Below are positions 17,275 through 26,912 of a stretch of DNA of 27,219 bases, piece by piece (the first letter of the stretch is position 1; each line of letters starts with the position of its first letter). The DNA is taken from positions 1 to 27,219 of the forward strand of contig JBOHZW010000127.1 of the NCBI GenBank assembly GCA_050738715.1. The letters are read 5' to 3'. The notes beneath the pieces were generated by a model. That model saw only the letters and a program-made list of their open reading frames with translations, did not search any database and was not told the DNA's origin. Made by a program: the position numbers and the translations under genes. The DNA is from Steroidobacteraceae bacterium (lineage in GTDB: Bacteria > Pseudomonadota > Gammaproteobacteria > Steroidobacterales > Steroidobacteraceae).

Positions 17275-19451
17275 CAGCGAGCGGCGGAATCTCCGGGATG
17301 ATAGCGAGCAGCGGCGTGCGCGAGCACTTCATCGCGCGTCAGCAGTGCGTCGCGAAACTGGCCGTGGCGATACATATCCGCCTGGTCGGTAAAATGAGCC
17401 GAGGCTGGATCGCCGCTTTCGCCTCCGCAGGTCAATACCTTCGCGCGCACCGAGGGACCGAATTCGACGGCGGCGATGAAGCTGTTGCCCGAAACGCCGT
17501 ACAGCTTCTGGTTGCGGCGGGGATCCTGCGGCTCAAATGCCGCCAACGATCCCCATTCCGAAGAGGTCATGCCGTTCGGAATGCTCGGCGCCGCATCATC
17601 AAACACAGGCTCGATATCGTCGCGCTCCCGTTGGTACCGGTTGATATCGCCCCACGGCGTGTTCCACTTCCCGAAGTCCTGCCGCAACCGATCCAGTGCT
17701 GCGCTGAGCGCATTGAACCGTTCATTGTCTGTCACTCCATCGCTCAGATAGGAATACACAGGCTCGCCAAGAAAGAGCGCCGCGTCCGGATGGAGATTGA
17801 TAAGTGCCTCGCCCCAGAAGATGGCAACCGCGGTCGCGACTGACTGTTCCCCAGTTCGATGGTCCCAGCGCCGCAACAGTTCGATCGGCTCCTGCAGGCT
17901 TATCTTGCGCGGATCCGTGGCCGGCAAGCGATCGAACGCGTTGATCAATGGCGGCAGCGCGATATCAAACGTGGTCAGGTGCGGGTCATATCCCGCAGCA
18001 ATCAGGCTATCAAGCGTAACGCCATGGATATCGTGCAGCATTTCCACGGCGTGCAGGCCACGCGGATTTTCCTTGCTTTGCCACATGTAGCGGCGATAGT
18101 TCTCGCTCCTTGGGCTATCTGTACCGGCGGCTGAGAACGGCCAGTTATTCGTGTTCTGCAGCCAGCCGTTGTTGGGATTCACGATCGAGATGATTTCATC
18201 GAGCGAGTGCGGGCCCCGCCACTCGGTCGCCGGATTGCTGCCATCAACGGGGTGCGTGTAGTCGAAGCGCGGATCGCGCTTCGGGATGAAGTTGCCGTGG
18301 AAGTACGCGATGGTGCCATCGCGATCCGCGTAGACCGTGTTGTTCGATGTATCCGTGCGCAATTGCTGGGTAGCGCGAAATTCCTTGAAATTGTGCGTTT
18401 TCGTTCGCAGGTACGACTGCTGCAGCGCCGGCACCGGTGACTGCAGCATGCGGATCGCGATCCATTTGTCGCCGTCGGCGCGGATGATCGGTCCATGGTG
18501 GCTGTGATACACCGTGAATTCGCGGCTCGCGAGGCCGGCGCCCTGTTTGAACGGAATCGACAAGTGCGCAACCTGGAGCTTGCGCAGCGAAGCGCCATAT
18601 CTGTAATACGGGCCGTCGGGCTTCTGCACGACACTCTCGGCGTATTCGTCGACAGCATCGCCGCCATATGAAGTGTGCATCCAACCGTTGAAGGAATTGA
18701 AACCCTGGTAGACGAAGAACTGTCCCCAGGTTACTGCGCCATACACATTCAACCCTTCCTCGCTGACCATCTGCAGTTCGGAGCGAAAATAGAACGACGT
18801 GTGCGGATTGATCCATAGCAGCGCGTGACCCGAGGCGCTGCGAGACGGCGCGATTGCGAAGCCGTTGGATCCTCCGCGCGACGGCGATTGCATCGGGAGC
18901 GTCGCGACCGGGTGCTTGCCGTAGAACGCTTCGAGTTTTGCCAGATCGATTTGCTCAATATCGCCGCCGATACTGCCCTCCGTGAATGCCAGGGCCATCC
19001 AGGGCTCGTAATGAGTGATCACGCGTGCCTTCACGGCGGGGTGCGTCGCCAGGAAATAGTTGAGGCCGTCAGCCCAGGCCGTCATCAAGGTTTTCAACCA
19101 GGGCGGGCTGCCTGCGTAAAGCCGCCGCAATTGGTCGTGATCGACGAACAGCCGCTGACGCAGATCGGAGTAGACCGCACTCGCGCCTTCTGCCTGCGCC
19201 AGCAGCCCGAGGTTTGTCAGGTAGTTGTGCTCGATCCGCTGGAAATCGTCTTCGGCCTGGGCGTAAAGGGTGCCGAACACAGTGTCGGCGTCCGACTTGC
19301 CATAGACATGCGCGACGCCCCATGTGTCGCGAACGATCTCCGTGTGCTGGGCATGCTCGTGCCAGCGATCGGATTCCGGGACCGACGCTGCCTGCGCGAA
19401 ACTCGCGACAGCCGCGGCGCTCAAGATCAATGCGCAAATAGCTTTCACCAC
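17274..19451 (-). CDS. penicillin acylase family Ntn-hydrolase (S45; substrate unknown)
   Basis: IVRDTWGVAHVYG, YAQAED, beta-chain start GG-SNGFAIAPSRSASGHALLWINPH, HHGPII and GESGDPASAHFTDQA. Signal peptide. GGAGGGG RBS before GTG. Confidence 0.92.
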   Translation of the reverse strand: MVKAICALILSAAAVASFAQAASVPESDRWHEHAQHTEIVRDTWGVAHVYGKSDADTVFGTLYAQAEDDFQRIEHNYLTNLGLLAQAEGASAVYSDLRQRLFVDHDQLRRLYAGSPPWLKTLMTAWADGLNYFLATHPAVKARVITHYEPWMALAFTEGSIGGDIEQIDLAKLEAFYGKHPVATLPMQSPSRGGSNGFAIAPSRSASGHALLWINPHTSFYFRSELQMVSEEGLNVYGAVTWGQFFVYQGFNSFNGWMHTSYGGDAVDEYAESVVQKPDGPYYRYGASLRKLQVAHLSIPFKQGAGLASREFTVYHSHHGPIIRADGDKWIAIRMLQSPVPALQQSYLRTKTHNFKEFRATQQLRTDTSNNTVYADRDGTIAYFHGNFIPKRDPRFDYTHPVDGSNPATEWRGPHSLDEIISIVNPNNGWLQNTNNWPFSAAGTDSPRSENYRRYMWQSKENPRGLHAVEMLHDIHGVTLDSLIAAGYDPHLTTFDIALPPLINAFDRLPATDPRKISLQEPIELLRRWDHRTGEQSVATAVAIFWGEALINLHPDAALFLGEPVYSYLSDGVTDNERFNALSAALDRLRQDFGKWNTPWGDINRYQRERDDIEPVFDDAAPSIPNGMTSSEWGSLAAFEPQDPRRNQKLYGVSGNSFIAAVEFGPSVRAKVLTCGGESGDPASAHFTDQADMYRHGQFRDALLTRDEVLAHAAARYHPGDSAAR

Positions 19452-19473
19452 GATACCCCTCCAGTCTCGTCGA

Positions 19474-21942
19474 TCAGTTCAGCACAGAGCGTGGCGGCTG
19501 ATTAAGCGCCGGACGCACCGCCAACAATCCACTGGCTGCGACGATCAGCATCGTACTCAGGACGCCCAGCACCCAGAGCGTAAGGCTGGCACGATAATGC
19601 AGTTCCAGCTGGCGGGCCAGCAGCCAACCGCCGAGTGCCGCGCCACTAGCGGCCAGCACGCCGGCCAGCAATCCCAGTGCGGCGAATTCCGCCAGCGCGC
19701 TGCGCATAAGCAGACTCCTGCTGGCGCCGAGCACGCGCATGATCGCCGTTTCGTAGCGGCGCTCATCGCGGCTTGCCTGCACTGCGGCGAGCAGTACCGT
19801 CAGGCCTGCCAGCAACGTGAATGCAAACACGCTCTGCACTGCGGTGACGGCCTTGTCGATCACCGAGCGCACCTGTGCGAGCAGGTCGCCAACGTTGAAG
19901 ATCGACACGCTCGGGAATCTTCGCACCAGCTCGGTGAGTGCGCCGGCGCTGCGAGGTTCGTATGCGGCGCTGGTCAGGTAACTGCCGGCAGTGCCATCGA
20001 GCAAACCTGGCGGAAACATGATGAAAAAGTTCGGGCGGAAGCTGTCCCACTTCACCTTGCGAAAGCTCGCGACGGTGACATCGAAATGTTCGCCTGCGAC
20101 ATCGAACCCGAGGCGATCTCCCAGCTTCAGCTGCAGCGATTCCTGAAATTCAGTCGCGATCGACACGAGCGGCTTGCCCGTATCTTCCGGCCGCCACCAG
20201 CGGCCCGCCGTGACGCGGTTGTCATCGCCGAGTTCGGTCGACCATGTGAGGTTCTGTTCACGCTCGGCCATGCCACTGTGGCCGGGACGCTTGTCGATGG
20301 CTTCGCCATTGATGGTGAGCAGCCGCCCGCGCACCATCGGCAGGAAGCGTTCCGGTTTGGCGCCGGCCGCGAGCAGCGCAGAATGAAAATCGTCGCGTTC
20401 ATCGGTCGGAATGTTGATGAAGAAATAATTGGGCGCGCCGGCGGGCAAGCTCGTGCGCCAATCGTGCAGCAGGTCGCGCCGCAGGATCGTCAGCACCAAC
20501 AGCAGCAGCACGCCGAGGCCAAACGCAACGATCTGCGCCACGCTTCCGCCTCGCCGCCGTGCGAGATTGGCCAGTCCCTGGCGCAATGCCAGTCCTGCTC
20601 CGCTGCGCGCGCGGCCCGCGAGCCGCACCAGCAGCGCACCGCACAAAGCGAGTGTCACGATGGCAGCCGCGAAGCCCGCCGCGAAGCCCATGCTGAGCTT
20701 CCACTCCCCGAGCGTGGCGTAGATCACGCCCATGACCGCCAGCACCGCCGGCAGCAACGCCAACCAGGTGCGTATTGGTGGTGGCTCGGCATCGCGGCGA
20801 AGCACGCGCAGCGCTGGAACCCTGGTGAGTTGCAACAGCGATGGGAGCGCGAATCCGGCCAGCATCGCGACCGCGACTGCCAGGCCGATGACCACAGGCA
20901 TCCAGCCAGCGGGCGGCAGATCGGCGCGCAACAATCCCGCCAGCGCACGCAGCAGCCACGCTTGCGTGAACCATCCCAGCAACGCACCGACTAGCGCAGC
21001 AGCCACGGCCAGCAATATCAGCTGCAGCACGCTCGTGCCCAGCACGAAACGCCGCGAAGCGCCCAGCGTCTTGAGCAGTGCGACCGCGTCGAGATGACGC
21101 GCTACGTAGCTACGCGCGCTCATCGCGACCGCGACCGCGCACAGCAGCACGGCCACGAGACCCGCGATCGACAGGAATTGTCCGGCGCGTCGCGACGCAT
21201 CGCCGATCTGGGGGCTCGCATCGGCGACATCGGCGTAATGCTCGCCAGGTCGTGCCCGCGCGCTGAACCAGGCACGGTACTCGCCAAGGGCGCGCGCATC
21301 GCCTGCCAGCAGCAACGCGTACTGCATGCGGCTCGCGGGTTGCACGAGCCGCGTCGCGGCGAGGTCGGCATCGTTCAGCAGTAACGCCGGCGCGAATTCC
21401 ACGAAAGCCGATCCCTGATCGGGGCGGCTGATCAATATGCGGCTGACGTGCAGTGGCAACGCGCCGACCGTCAGCGTGCCGCCCACGCGCACGTTCAGCG
21501 CGGCGGCGAGCCGGGAGTCGGGCCAGCATTCACCTGCAGCCGGAATCGAGCGCGTGATCGCGCCTGCAGCGAACGGCTCGGCGGCCGTGCGCAGCGCGCC
21601 GCGCAGCGGATACCCTGAGCTCGCGGCGCGGATCTCGGCCAGGTGACTGTTGTCACCGTTGAACACGACCGACAGCATCGTGGCGAGCCGCGCGCCTTGA
21701 AGATGCAGCTCCTGCGCGCGCTGTTGCAATGGCAGCGCCAGTGCCTCGGGCGACTCGACGCGCGCATCCGCCGCCAGCACTTCACTCGCCTGCGCCTGCA
21801 CCGCGTGGCCGATGCGATCGACCAGAAAACCCACGCCCGTGAGCGCCGCGACCGCGATCACCAGCGACAACCACAGCACGGCAAGTTCACCCGAACGCCA
21901 CTCGCGCCGCAATGAACGCAACGCCATCACGAGCATGCGCAT
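19474..21942 (-). CDS. ybbP: ABC transporter permease, YbbP-like (FtsX/MacB family)
   Basis: LRREWRSGEL, YPLRG, ALLKTLGAS, APNYFFINI, RKVKWDSFRPNFF and AIMRVLGAS motifs; 822 aa; follows the ATPase gene. Confidence 0.88.
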   Translation of the reverse strand: MRMLVMALRSLRREWRSGELAVLWLSLVIAVAALTGVGFLVDRIGHAVQAQASEVLAADARVESPEALALPLQQRAQELHLQGARLATMLSVVFNGDNSHLAEIRAASSGYPLRGALRTAAEPFAAGAITRSIPAAGECWPDSRLAAALNVRVGGTLTVGALPLHVSRILISRPDQGSAFVEFAPALLLNDADLAATRLVQPASRMQYALLLAGDARALGEYRAWFSARARPGEHYADVADASPQIGDASRRAGQFLSIAGLVAVLLCAVAVAMSARSYVARHLDAVALLKTLGASRRFVLGTSVLQLILLAVAAALVGALLGWFTQAWLLRALAGLLRADLPPAGWMPVVIGLAVAVAMLAGFALPSLLQLTRVPALRVLRRDAEPPPIRTWLALLPAVLAVMGVIYATLGEWKLSMGFAAGFAAAIVTLALCGALLVRLAGRARSGAGLALRQGLANLARRRGGSVAQIVAFGLGVLLLLVLTILRRDLLHDWRTSLPAGAPNYFFINIPTDERDDFHSALLAAGAKPERFLPMVRGRLLTINGEAIDKRPGHSGMAEREQNLTWSTELGDDNRVTAGRWWRPEDTGKPLVSIATEFQESLQLKLGDRLGFDVAGEHFDVTVASFRKVKWDSFRPNFFIMFPPGLLDGTAGSYLTSAAYEPRSAGALTELVRRFPSVSIFNVGDLLAQVRSVIDKAVTAVQSVFAFTLLAGLTVLLAAVQASRDERRYETAIMRVLGASRSLLMRSALAEFAALGLLAGVLAASGAALGGWLLARQLELHYRASLTLWVLGVLSTMLIVAASGLLAVRPALNQPPRSVLN

Positions 21943-21945
21943 GGC

Positions 21946-22623
21946 TTAGACCAGCGCTCCGCCGTCCATTGTCAGCACGCGCCCGCAGCGACCAGCCAGT
22001 TCTCGATCGTGCGTGACGAGCACCAGCGTCGTCTGCGACGCGGAGTTCAGCTCGAAGAACAGTTCGATGATGCGCTCGCCCGTTACCGAATCGAGATTGC
22101 CGGTCGGCTCGTCGGCGAACAGCACCGCCGGCTCACCAACTGATGCGCGCGCCATCGCCACGCGCTGTTGCTCGCCGCCGGAGAGCTGGCGCGGATAATG
22201 CCCAGCGCGCGCTGCAAGCCCAACGCGCGCCAGCATCCCGCGCGCGCGATCGCGCGCGTCGCCCTCGCCGCGCAGTTCCAGCGGCAGCATGACGTTTTCG
22301 AGCGCCGTCAACGCGGGCACAAGATGAAACGATTGGAACACGAAACCGACATGCGCCGCGCGCAGTCGCGCGCGACCATCCTCGTCGAGCGCCGAGAGCT
22401 CTTCGCCTGCCAGCCAAATCCTACCCGCGCTCAGGGTATCGAGGCCGGCGAGTAGCGCAAGCAGCGTTGATTTGCCCGCGCCTGACGGCCCGACGATCGC
22501 GACGCTCTCGCGCGCGCAAATTTCAAGATTCACGTCGCGCACGATGGTCAGTGGCCCGTCCGGGCTGCTAACCTGCCGCATGACCTGTTCGGCCTTCAGG
22601 ACTACGTCGCGCGTCATTGCCAT
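21946..22623 (-). CDS. ybbA: ABC transporter ATP-binding protein, YbbA-like
   Basis: Walker A GPSGAGKST, GFVFQSF, signature LSGGEQQRVA, FADEPTGNLD and LVTHD. Start 22623 or 22617. Confidence 0.92.
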   Translation of the reverse strand: MAMTRDVVLKAEQVMRQVSSPDGPLTIVRDVNLEICARESVAIVGPSGAGKSTLLALLAGLDTLSAGRIWLAGEELSALDEDGRARLRAAHVGFVFQSFHLVPALTALENVMLPLELRGEGDARDRARGMLARVGLAARAGHYPRQLSGGEQQRVAMARASVGEPAVLFADEPTGNLDSVTGERIIELFFELNSASQTTLVLVTHDRELAGRCGRVLTMDGGALV

Positions 22624-23242
22624 CCTGCTGTGTTCGTTCGTTGCGATTGTCGGCGCGACGGCACACGCTGCGCCAGTCGCAAAGCCGGTGATACTGGTGT
22701 ACGGCGACAGCCTGAGCGCCGGTTACGGCATCGCCGTCGACCGAGGCTGGGTGAACTTGCTGTCGCAGCGCCTGCAACAGGCAGGTTACGGACTCCAGGT
22801 CGCGAACGCCAGCGTCAGCGGCGAGACGACAACCGGCGGACTTGCGCGCCTGCCGCGCGCGCTGGCCGCGCACGATCCACGCGTGGTGATCCTGGAACTC
22901 GGCGCCAACGACGGCCTGCGCGGATTGCCGCTCGAGACTACGCGCGCCAATCTGGATGCGATGCTCTTGCTGCTCGCGGAACAGCATCGGCCTGTGTTGC
23001 TGCTTGGCATGCGCATGCCGCCGAACTATGGCGAGCGCTATACGCAGGGCTACGCGGCGATCTTTGCCGAGCTGGCCCGCCGCCACCGCATCGCGCTGGT
23101 ACCTTTCCTGCTCGAGGGCGTGGCCGACCGGCCGCCGCTGATGCAAGCCGATGGATTGCATCCCAACGAACACGGACAACCGATTCTGCTGGATAATGTC
23201 TGGACAATGCTTCGGCCGCTGCTGCGCGCAAGATCGCACTGA
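22580..23242 (+). CDS. tesA: GDSL/SGNH arylesterase / acyl-CoA thioesterase I
   Basis: GDSLSAGYG, NASVSGETT, ELGANDGLRG, MPPNYG and QADGLHPN motifs; signal peptide. Divergent from and overlapping ybbA at the 5' end, as in E. coli. Start uncertain. Confidence 0.92.
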   Translation: MTCSAFRTTSRVIAILLCSFVAIVGATAHAAPVAKPVILVYGDSLSAGYGIAVDRGWVNLLSQRLQQAGYGLQVANASVSGETTTGGLARLPRALAAHDPRVVILELGANDGLRGLPLETTRANLDAMLLLLAEQHRPVLLLGMRMPPNYGERYTQGYAAIFAELARRHRIALVPFLLEGVADRPPLMQADGLHPNEHGQPILLDNVWTMLRPLLRARSH

Positions 23243-23272
23243 GCGGCGAGTCGAGACGGCGAGGGGGAACGA

Positions 23273-24943
23273 ATGGACAGGTTCTGGGTCAAGCAGTATC
23301 CCGCCGGGACGCCCGCCGAGATTGATCCCGACGAGTACACGTCGATCAAGCAGCTCATCGAGCTGAGTTTCAGCCAGTTTCCGCAGCGAACGGCCTACAT
23401 CCAGATGGAGCAGCGCTACAGCTACGCGCAGCTCGATCAGCTCTCCGCGCGGTTCGCCACCTGGCTGCAGCAACGCGGGCTGCGCAAGGGCGATCGCATC
23501 GCGATCATGCTGCCAAACGTCGTGCAGTATCCGCTGGTGATGTTTGGCGCGCTGCGCGCCGGCCTGACGGTCGTCAACACGAATCCGCTCTACACGGCCA
23601 GCGAACTCGAACACCAGCTGCGCGACTCGGGTGCCACTGCGCTCGTGGTGCTCGAGAACTTCGCGGCGGTCGCGCAGCAGGCGTTGGCCACCGTGCCCGT
23701 GCCGCATGTGGTCGTCACCGGCGTCGGCGATCTCTTGTCGTTCCCCAAAGGCGCATTGGTCAATTTCGTGCTGCGCCACGTGCAGCGCAAGGTGCCGCGC
23801 TGGCACCTGCCCGATTCGACTTCGCTCAATGCGATCCTGAAGTCCGCGCCTCCGACACCGAAGCCGATCGAAGTCAGCCACGACGATATTGCATACCTTC
23901 AATACACCGGCGGTACGACCGGCGTCTCGAAGGGCGCGATGCTGACCCACGGCAACATGATCGCCAACATCCTGCAGGCCCGCGCCTGGTTCAAGCAGGT
24001 GCAGATCGACAACACGACTTATGTATGCGCGCTGCCGCTGTATCACATCTTCTCGCTGACCGCGAACTGCCTGCTGTTCAGTTCGCTCGGCGGCGCCGGC
24101 CACCTGATCGCCAACCCCCGTGATTTCAAGGGTTTCGTGAAGGAACTCGAGCGCCACCCGCCGATGTTCTTCATGGGCGTCAATACATTGTTCAACGCGC
24201 TCATGAACACGCCGGGATTCAGCGAGCTGAATTTCTCGCGGCTCGTCGCCACGGTCGGCGGTGGAATGGCGGTGCAACGCGCGGTGGCCGAACGCTGGAA
24301 GCAGATCACCGGCTGCGTCGTCACGCAAGGCTGGGGCCTCACCGAAGCCTCGCCCGCAATCTGCGTAAATCCGCTGGTCGGCGTCGACTTCACGGGAGCC
24401 GTTGGACTGCCGCTGCCTTCCACGGAAGTTACGATTCGCGACGATGATGGAAAGGATGTTGGACTCAACACTTCTGGCGAGATCTGCGGGCGGGGCCCAC
24501 AGGTGATGCGCGGTTACTGGCAGCGACCCGAGGAAACCGCCAATGTGATGTTGCCCGATGGCTGGCTGCGAACCGGCGATATCGGCCGCATGGACGATCG
24601 CGGCTACGTTTACCTCGAAGATCGCAAGAAGGACATGATCATCGTGTCGGGATTCAAGGTGTTCCCGAACGAGGTCGAGGACGTCGTCGCCCAACTCCCG
24701 GGAGTCGCCGAAGTGGCCGCGGTCGCGCAGCCCGATGAACGCTCAGGCGAAAGTGTGGCCTTGTTTATCGTGAAGAAGGATCCTGCGCTAACTGCCGATG
24801 CGGTAATGGCCCATTGCCACGAAGTCCTGACGGGTTACAAGCTGCCGCGGCATATTTATTTTCGTGACGAGTTGCCGAAGACAAACGTCGGCAAGATCCT
24901 GCGCCGCGCCCTGCGCGATGAACTGGCGAAACCTAAGGCTTGA
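23273..24943 (+). CDS. fadD: long-chain fatty acid-CoA ligase
   Basis: VVNTNPLYT, LQYTGGTTGVSKGAMLTH, ALPLYHIFSL, GWGLTEASP, GWLRTGDIG and LPKTNVGKILRR motifs; GAGGGGG RBS. Confidence 0.94.
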   Translation: MDRFWVKQYPAGTPAEIDPDEYTSIKQLIELSFSQFPQRTAYIQMEQRYSYAQLDQLSARFATWLQQRGLRKGDRIAIMLPNVVQYPLVMFGALRAGLTVVNTNPLYTASELEHQLRDSGATALVVLENFAAVAQQALATVPVPHVVVTGVGDLLSFPKGALVNFVLRHVQRKVPRWHLPDSTSLNAILKSAPPTPKPIEVSHDDIAYLQYTGGTTGVSKGAMLTHGNMIANILQARAWFKQVQIDNTTYVCALPLYHIFSLTANCLLFSSLGGAGHLIANPRDFKGFVKELERHPPMFFMGVNTLFNALMNTPGFSELNFSRLVATVGGGMAVQRAVAERWKQITGCVVTQGWGLTEASPAICVNPLVGVDFTGAVGLPLPSTEVTIRDDDGKDVGLNTSGEICGRGPQVMRGYWQRPEETANVMLPDGWLRTGDIGRMDDRGYVYLEDRKKDMIIVSGFKVFPNEVEDVVAQLPGVAEVAAVAQPDERSGESVALFIVKKDPALTADAVMAHCHEVLTGYKLPRHIYFRDELPKTNVGKILRRALRDELAKPKA

Positions 24944-25856
24944 CGCGTTTTGATTTGGTGCGCGCGACGGGCCTCTTGACAGCCGAAGCGTGTGTTTCCG
25001 GCGGTCGCTGCTCGACGAGATAAACACCCAGTCCCACGCGCGTTCCCTCAGTTGTCTTGTGCTTCGGTTTAGCGCGCATCCGCGCCTGGCTGGTTCGCCA
25101 CCGCTCGACGCCGTCAACCAGAGAGGCTGCGCGTTCTGAAAAAGTCTCGTGGAACAGCGCTGCTTGGTCGACCGATAGGTGCTTGATGTCGGAAAAGCCT
25201 ACAAAACTAGGGTCTTGGAAACTCTCTATGTTTTTGACTAGCGTACTACCCAAATCACGCATGCGAGCAGAGAATTCTGCCACCACGTCCGCGCCGAAAC
25301 CTCGCACACGAGGGGTGTTCTTTTTTATCGTCACACTTCCATCCGCCATCCGAGAGATCGCGCCACTTTTGACGAGCTCTTTCATAACCGAGATTGGCGT
25401 TACATCGCCCGCGTAACGGCTCACCAATACACGAAACGTTACACCTGATCCACCAATACGCAGTCGCAACGGATTCCCATGCCGGTCCATGAATTCAGGA
25501 TCGGTGCGCCAGCCATGCAATACACGCGCTGTGCGTTGCTTCGCGACCTCACGTGCAACCTCTACGGTTTCCGCATTCAGCAGGCCCGCAAGTGCGCGTA
25601 CATCCTTCCGAGTCAACCCGGTCACCGCCGCTATGCGAGAGTGATTGAGCCGATTGCCGAGAATGGCGGTTTCAGCGGCCACTCCTATACACGCGATCTT
25701 GGCCGCCATTTGCAACTCACCGGCACCCATGCCGCTTTTCATGCATAGCTTTGCGATAGGCGCCATTGCACGCGCGAGCGCAGCGATATCCCTACTTGAT
25801 TTGCTAGTGCCAGAAATCGTGGTACTGGGGGAGCGTGGCATTTTTACAGGTGTCAC
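24933..25856 (-). CDS. DUF6502-like protein with HTH-like segment (putative regulator)
   Basis: SRIAAVTGLTRKDVRAL (HTH-like), RVLHGWRTDPEF.D..G.P..L, TF..LVSRYAGDV and C-terminal RVGLGVY, recognised as the DUF6502 pattern from memory. Start GTG 25856 or ATG 25841. The stop overlaps the fadD stop region by 11 bp. Confidence 0.8.
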   Translation of the reverse strand: MTPVKMPRSPSTTISGTSKSSRDIAALARAMAPIAKLCMKSGMGAGELQMAAKIACIGVAAETAILGNRLNHSRIAAVTGLTRKDVRALAGLLNAETVEVAREVAKQRTARVLHGWRTDPEFMDRHGNPLRLRIGGSGVTFRVLVSRYAGDVTPISVMKELVKSGAISRMADGSVTIKKNTPRVRGFGADVVAEFSARMRDLGSTLVKNIESFQDPSFVGFSDIKHLSVDQAALFHETFSERAASLVDGVERWRTSQARMRAKPKHKTTEGTRVGLGVYLVEQRPPETHASAVKRPVARTKSKRVKP

Positions 25857-25870
25857 TGAATGCGTAGTTT

Positions 25871-26608
25871 CTAGGGATCGGATACGATCGAAAACACGCT
25901 GACGCCAAGGCGTTTCCTAGGAGCCTTTCGCTGCGCTGCACTACCATCACTGATATCGTGCTCGTCGAGCCAGTCGTTCATCTCATGCATGAACGAAAGT
26001 CCTCGTTGTTTCACGAAACTCAAGAAGTCTTTAGTCAGGCGCGGGTGAATCCTCGGATTGTCGGCGCATTGCCAAAACAACTTGCTCTTGGGTTGTTGCA
26101 ATCGACTCAACGCCGCTCGGGTAGCATCTATCAGAAATCGGAAATTTGGTTCAAATGGCAGATAGTCTGAGTGCCAGAAGGTCATTGACCGGGCAAGTAG
26201 GCGATATTTCTTTGAAGCAACCTGCGTAACCATCTTGAAGTTCAGCAAGTTAAGTAGCGCACGATTTGGTGAGACTTCTACTCGACAGTCTCTCACCAGC
26301 GAAGTCAGGCTCTTGGCGCCCGCGAAGGGTAATTCATCGGGGCGACCATGTCGGTTTAGGTATTGTGGGTCTCGTAACCAGCGATTTACTATGTCAATGG
26401 CGTCTTTGCCGAATTCAACGTGCGTCACTGGAAGTTTGGAAACCTTGGATCCTGATTTCTGCACCGCTGCGCGGCACTCGGCCAGGATCGTCTTCTTACT
26501 AAACCCCGATTCGTGTAAAAAACCAATGATCGGGCCGATTAGCGCGCTAACATCCTGGGACGTCATAGGTACATTGGCAGCGCGATCGTTAGATTCGGGG
26601 CGCTTCAT
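25871..26608 (-). CDS. second, shorter DUF6502-like paralogue lacking the HTH-like segment
   Basis: IVNRWLRDPQYLNRHGRPDELPFAG and C-terminal RLGVSVF align by eye with the neighbouring gene. GGAG is correctly spaced for ATG 26608 (ORF track start 26614). Confidence 0.75.
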   Translation of the reverse strand: MKRPESNDRAANVPMTSQDVSALIGPIIGFLHESGFSKKTILAECRAAVQKSGSKVSKLPVTHVEFGKDAIDIVNRWLRDPQYLNRHGRPDELPFAGAKSLTSLVRDCRVEVSPNRALLNLLNFKMVTQVASKKYRLLARSMTFWHSDYLPFEPNFRFLIDATRAALSRLQQPKSKLFWQCADNPRIHPRLTKDFLSFVKQRGLSFMHEMNDWLDEHDISDGSAAQRKAPRKRLGVSVFSIVSDP

Positions 26609-26662
26609 TCGCATCTCCGTACATTTGGGCCAGTCGCAGATAGTTAAGTGCGTTGGCTCAAA

Positions 26663-26691
26663 ACGGTACTTCAGCTCTTGTGCTCAATCAA
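26663..26691 (-). promoter_or_regulatory. putative sigma70 promoter for the DUF6502-like pair
   Basis: Minus strand TTGATT-N17-TACCGT, about 55 bp upstream of the start codon. Confidence 0.35.
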
Positions 26692-26890
26692 CTTTTCGCA
26701 AGTCGATGTCCTGCAGGGCCTCTGAATTGCGCTATTTCGCTCTCAATCTGTGCATTTTGGATGGAAAATGCCATTGCTCAATCGCCAAGAATGGGCAATT
26801 GAACGTTCATTGGGATACGAGAGATTGAATTGGAGACTTAGGCGCCGTTTAATGGCGCGATCAAAGCTATCGCTGTTCGGAGGCTAAATC

Positions 26891-26909
26891 GAGATCTACG
26901 GTAGATCTC
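26891..26909. other. 19-bp palindrome GAGATCTAC-G-GTAGATCTC (terminator hairpin or operator)
   Basis: Perfect 9-bp arms with a 1-nt centre, 3 nt downstream of the repeat-gene stop. Only a weak U-tract (GATTT) follows on the minus strand. Confidence 0.6.
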
Positions 26910-26912
26910 TTT

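Noticed and set aside
22580..22623. Head-to-head overlap of tesA and ybbA as a novelty
   Set aside because: The same divergent overlapping arrangement is known from E. coli.
19324..24694. Long antisense ORFs (19324-20994 +, 22568-24694 -), and similar ones opposite putA and the acyl-CoA dehydrogenase
   Set aside because: Typical stop-poor antisense shadows of high-GC genes, with no recognisable motifs.
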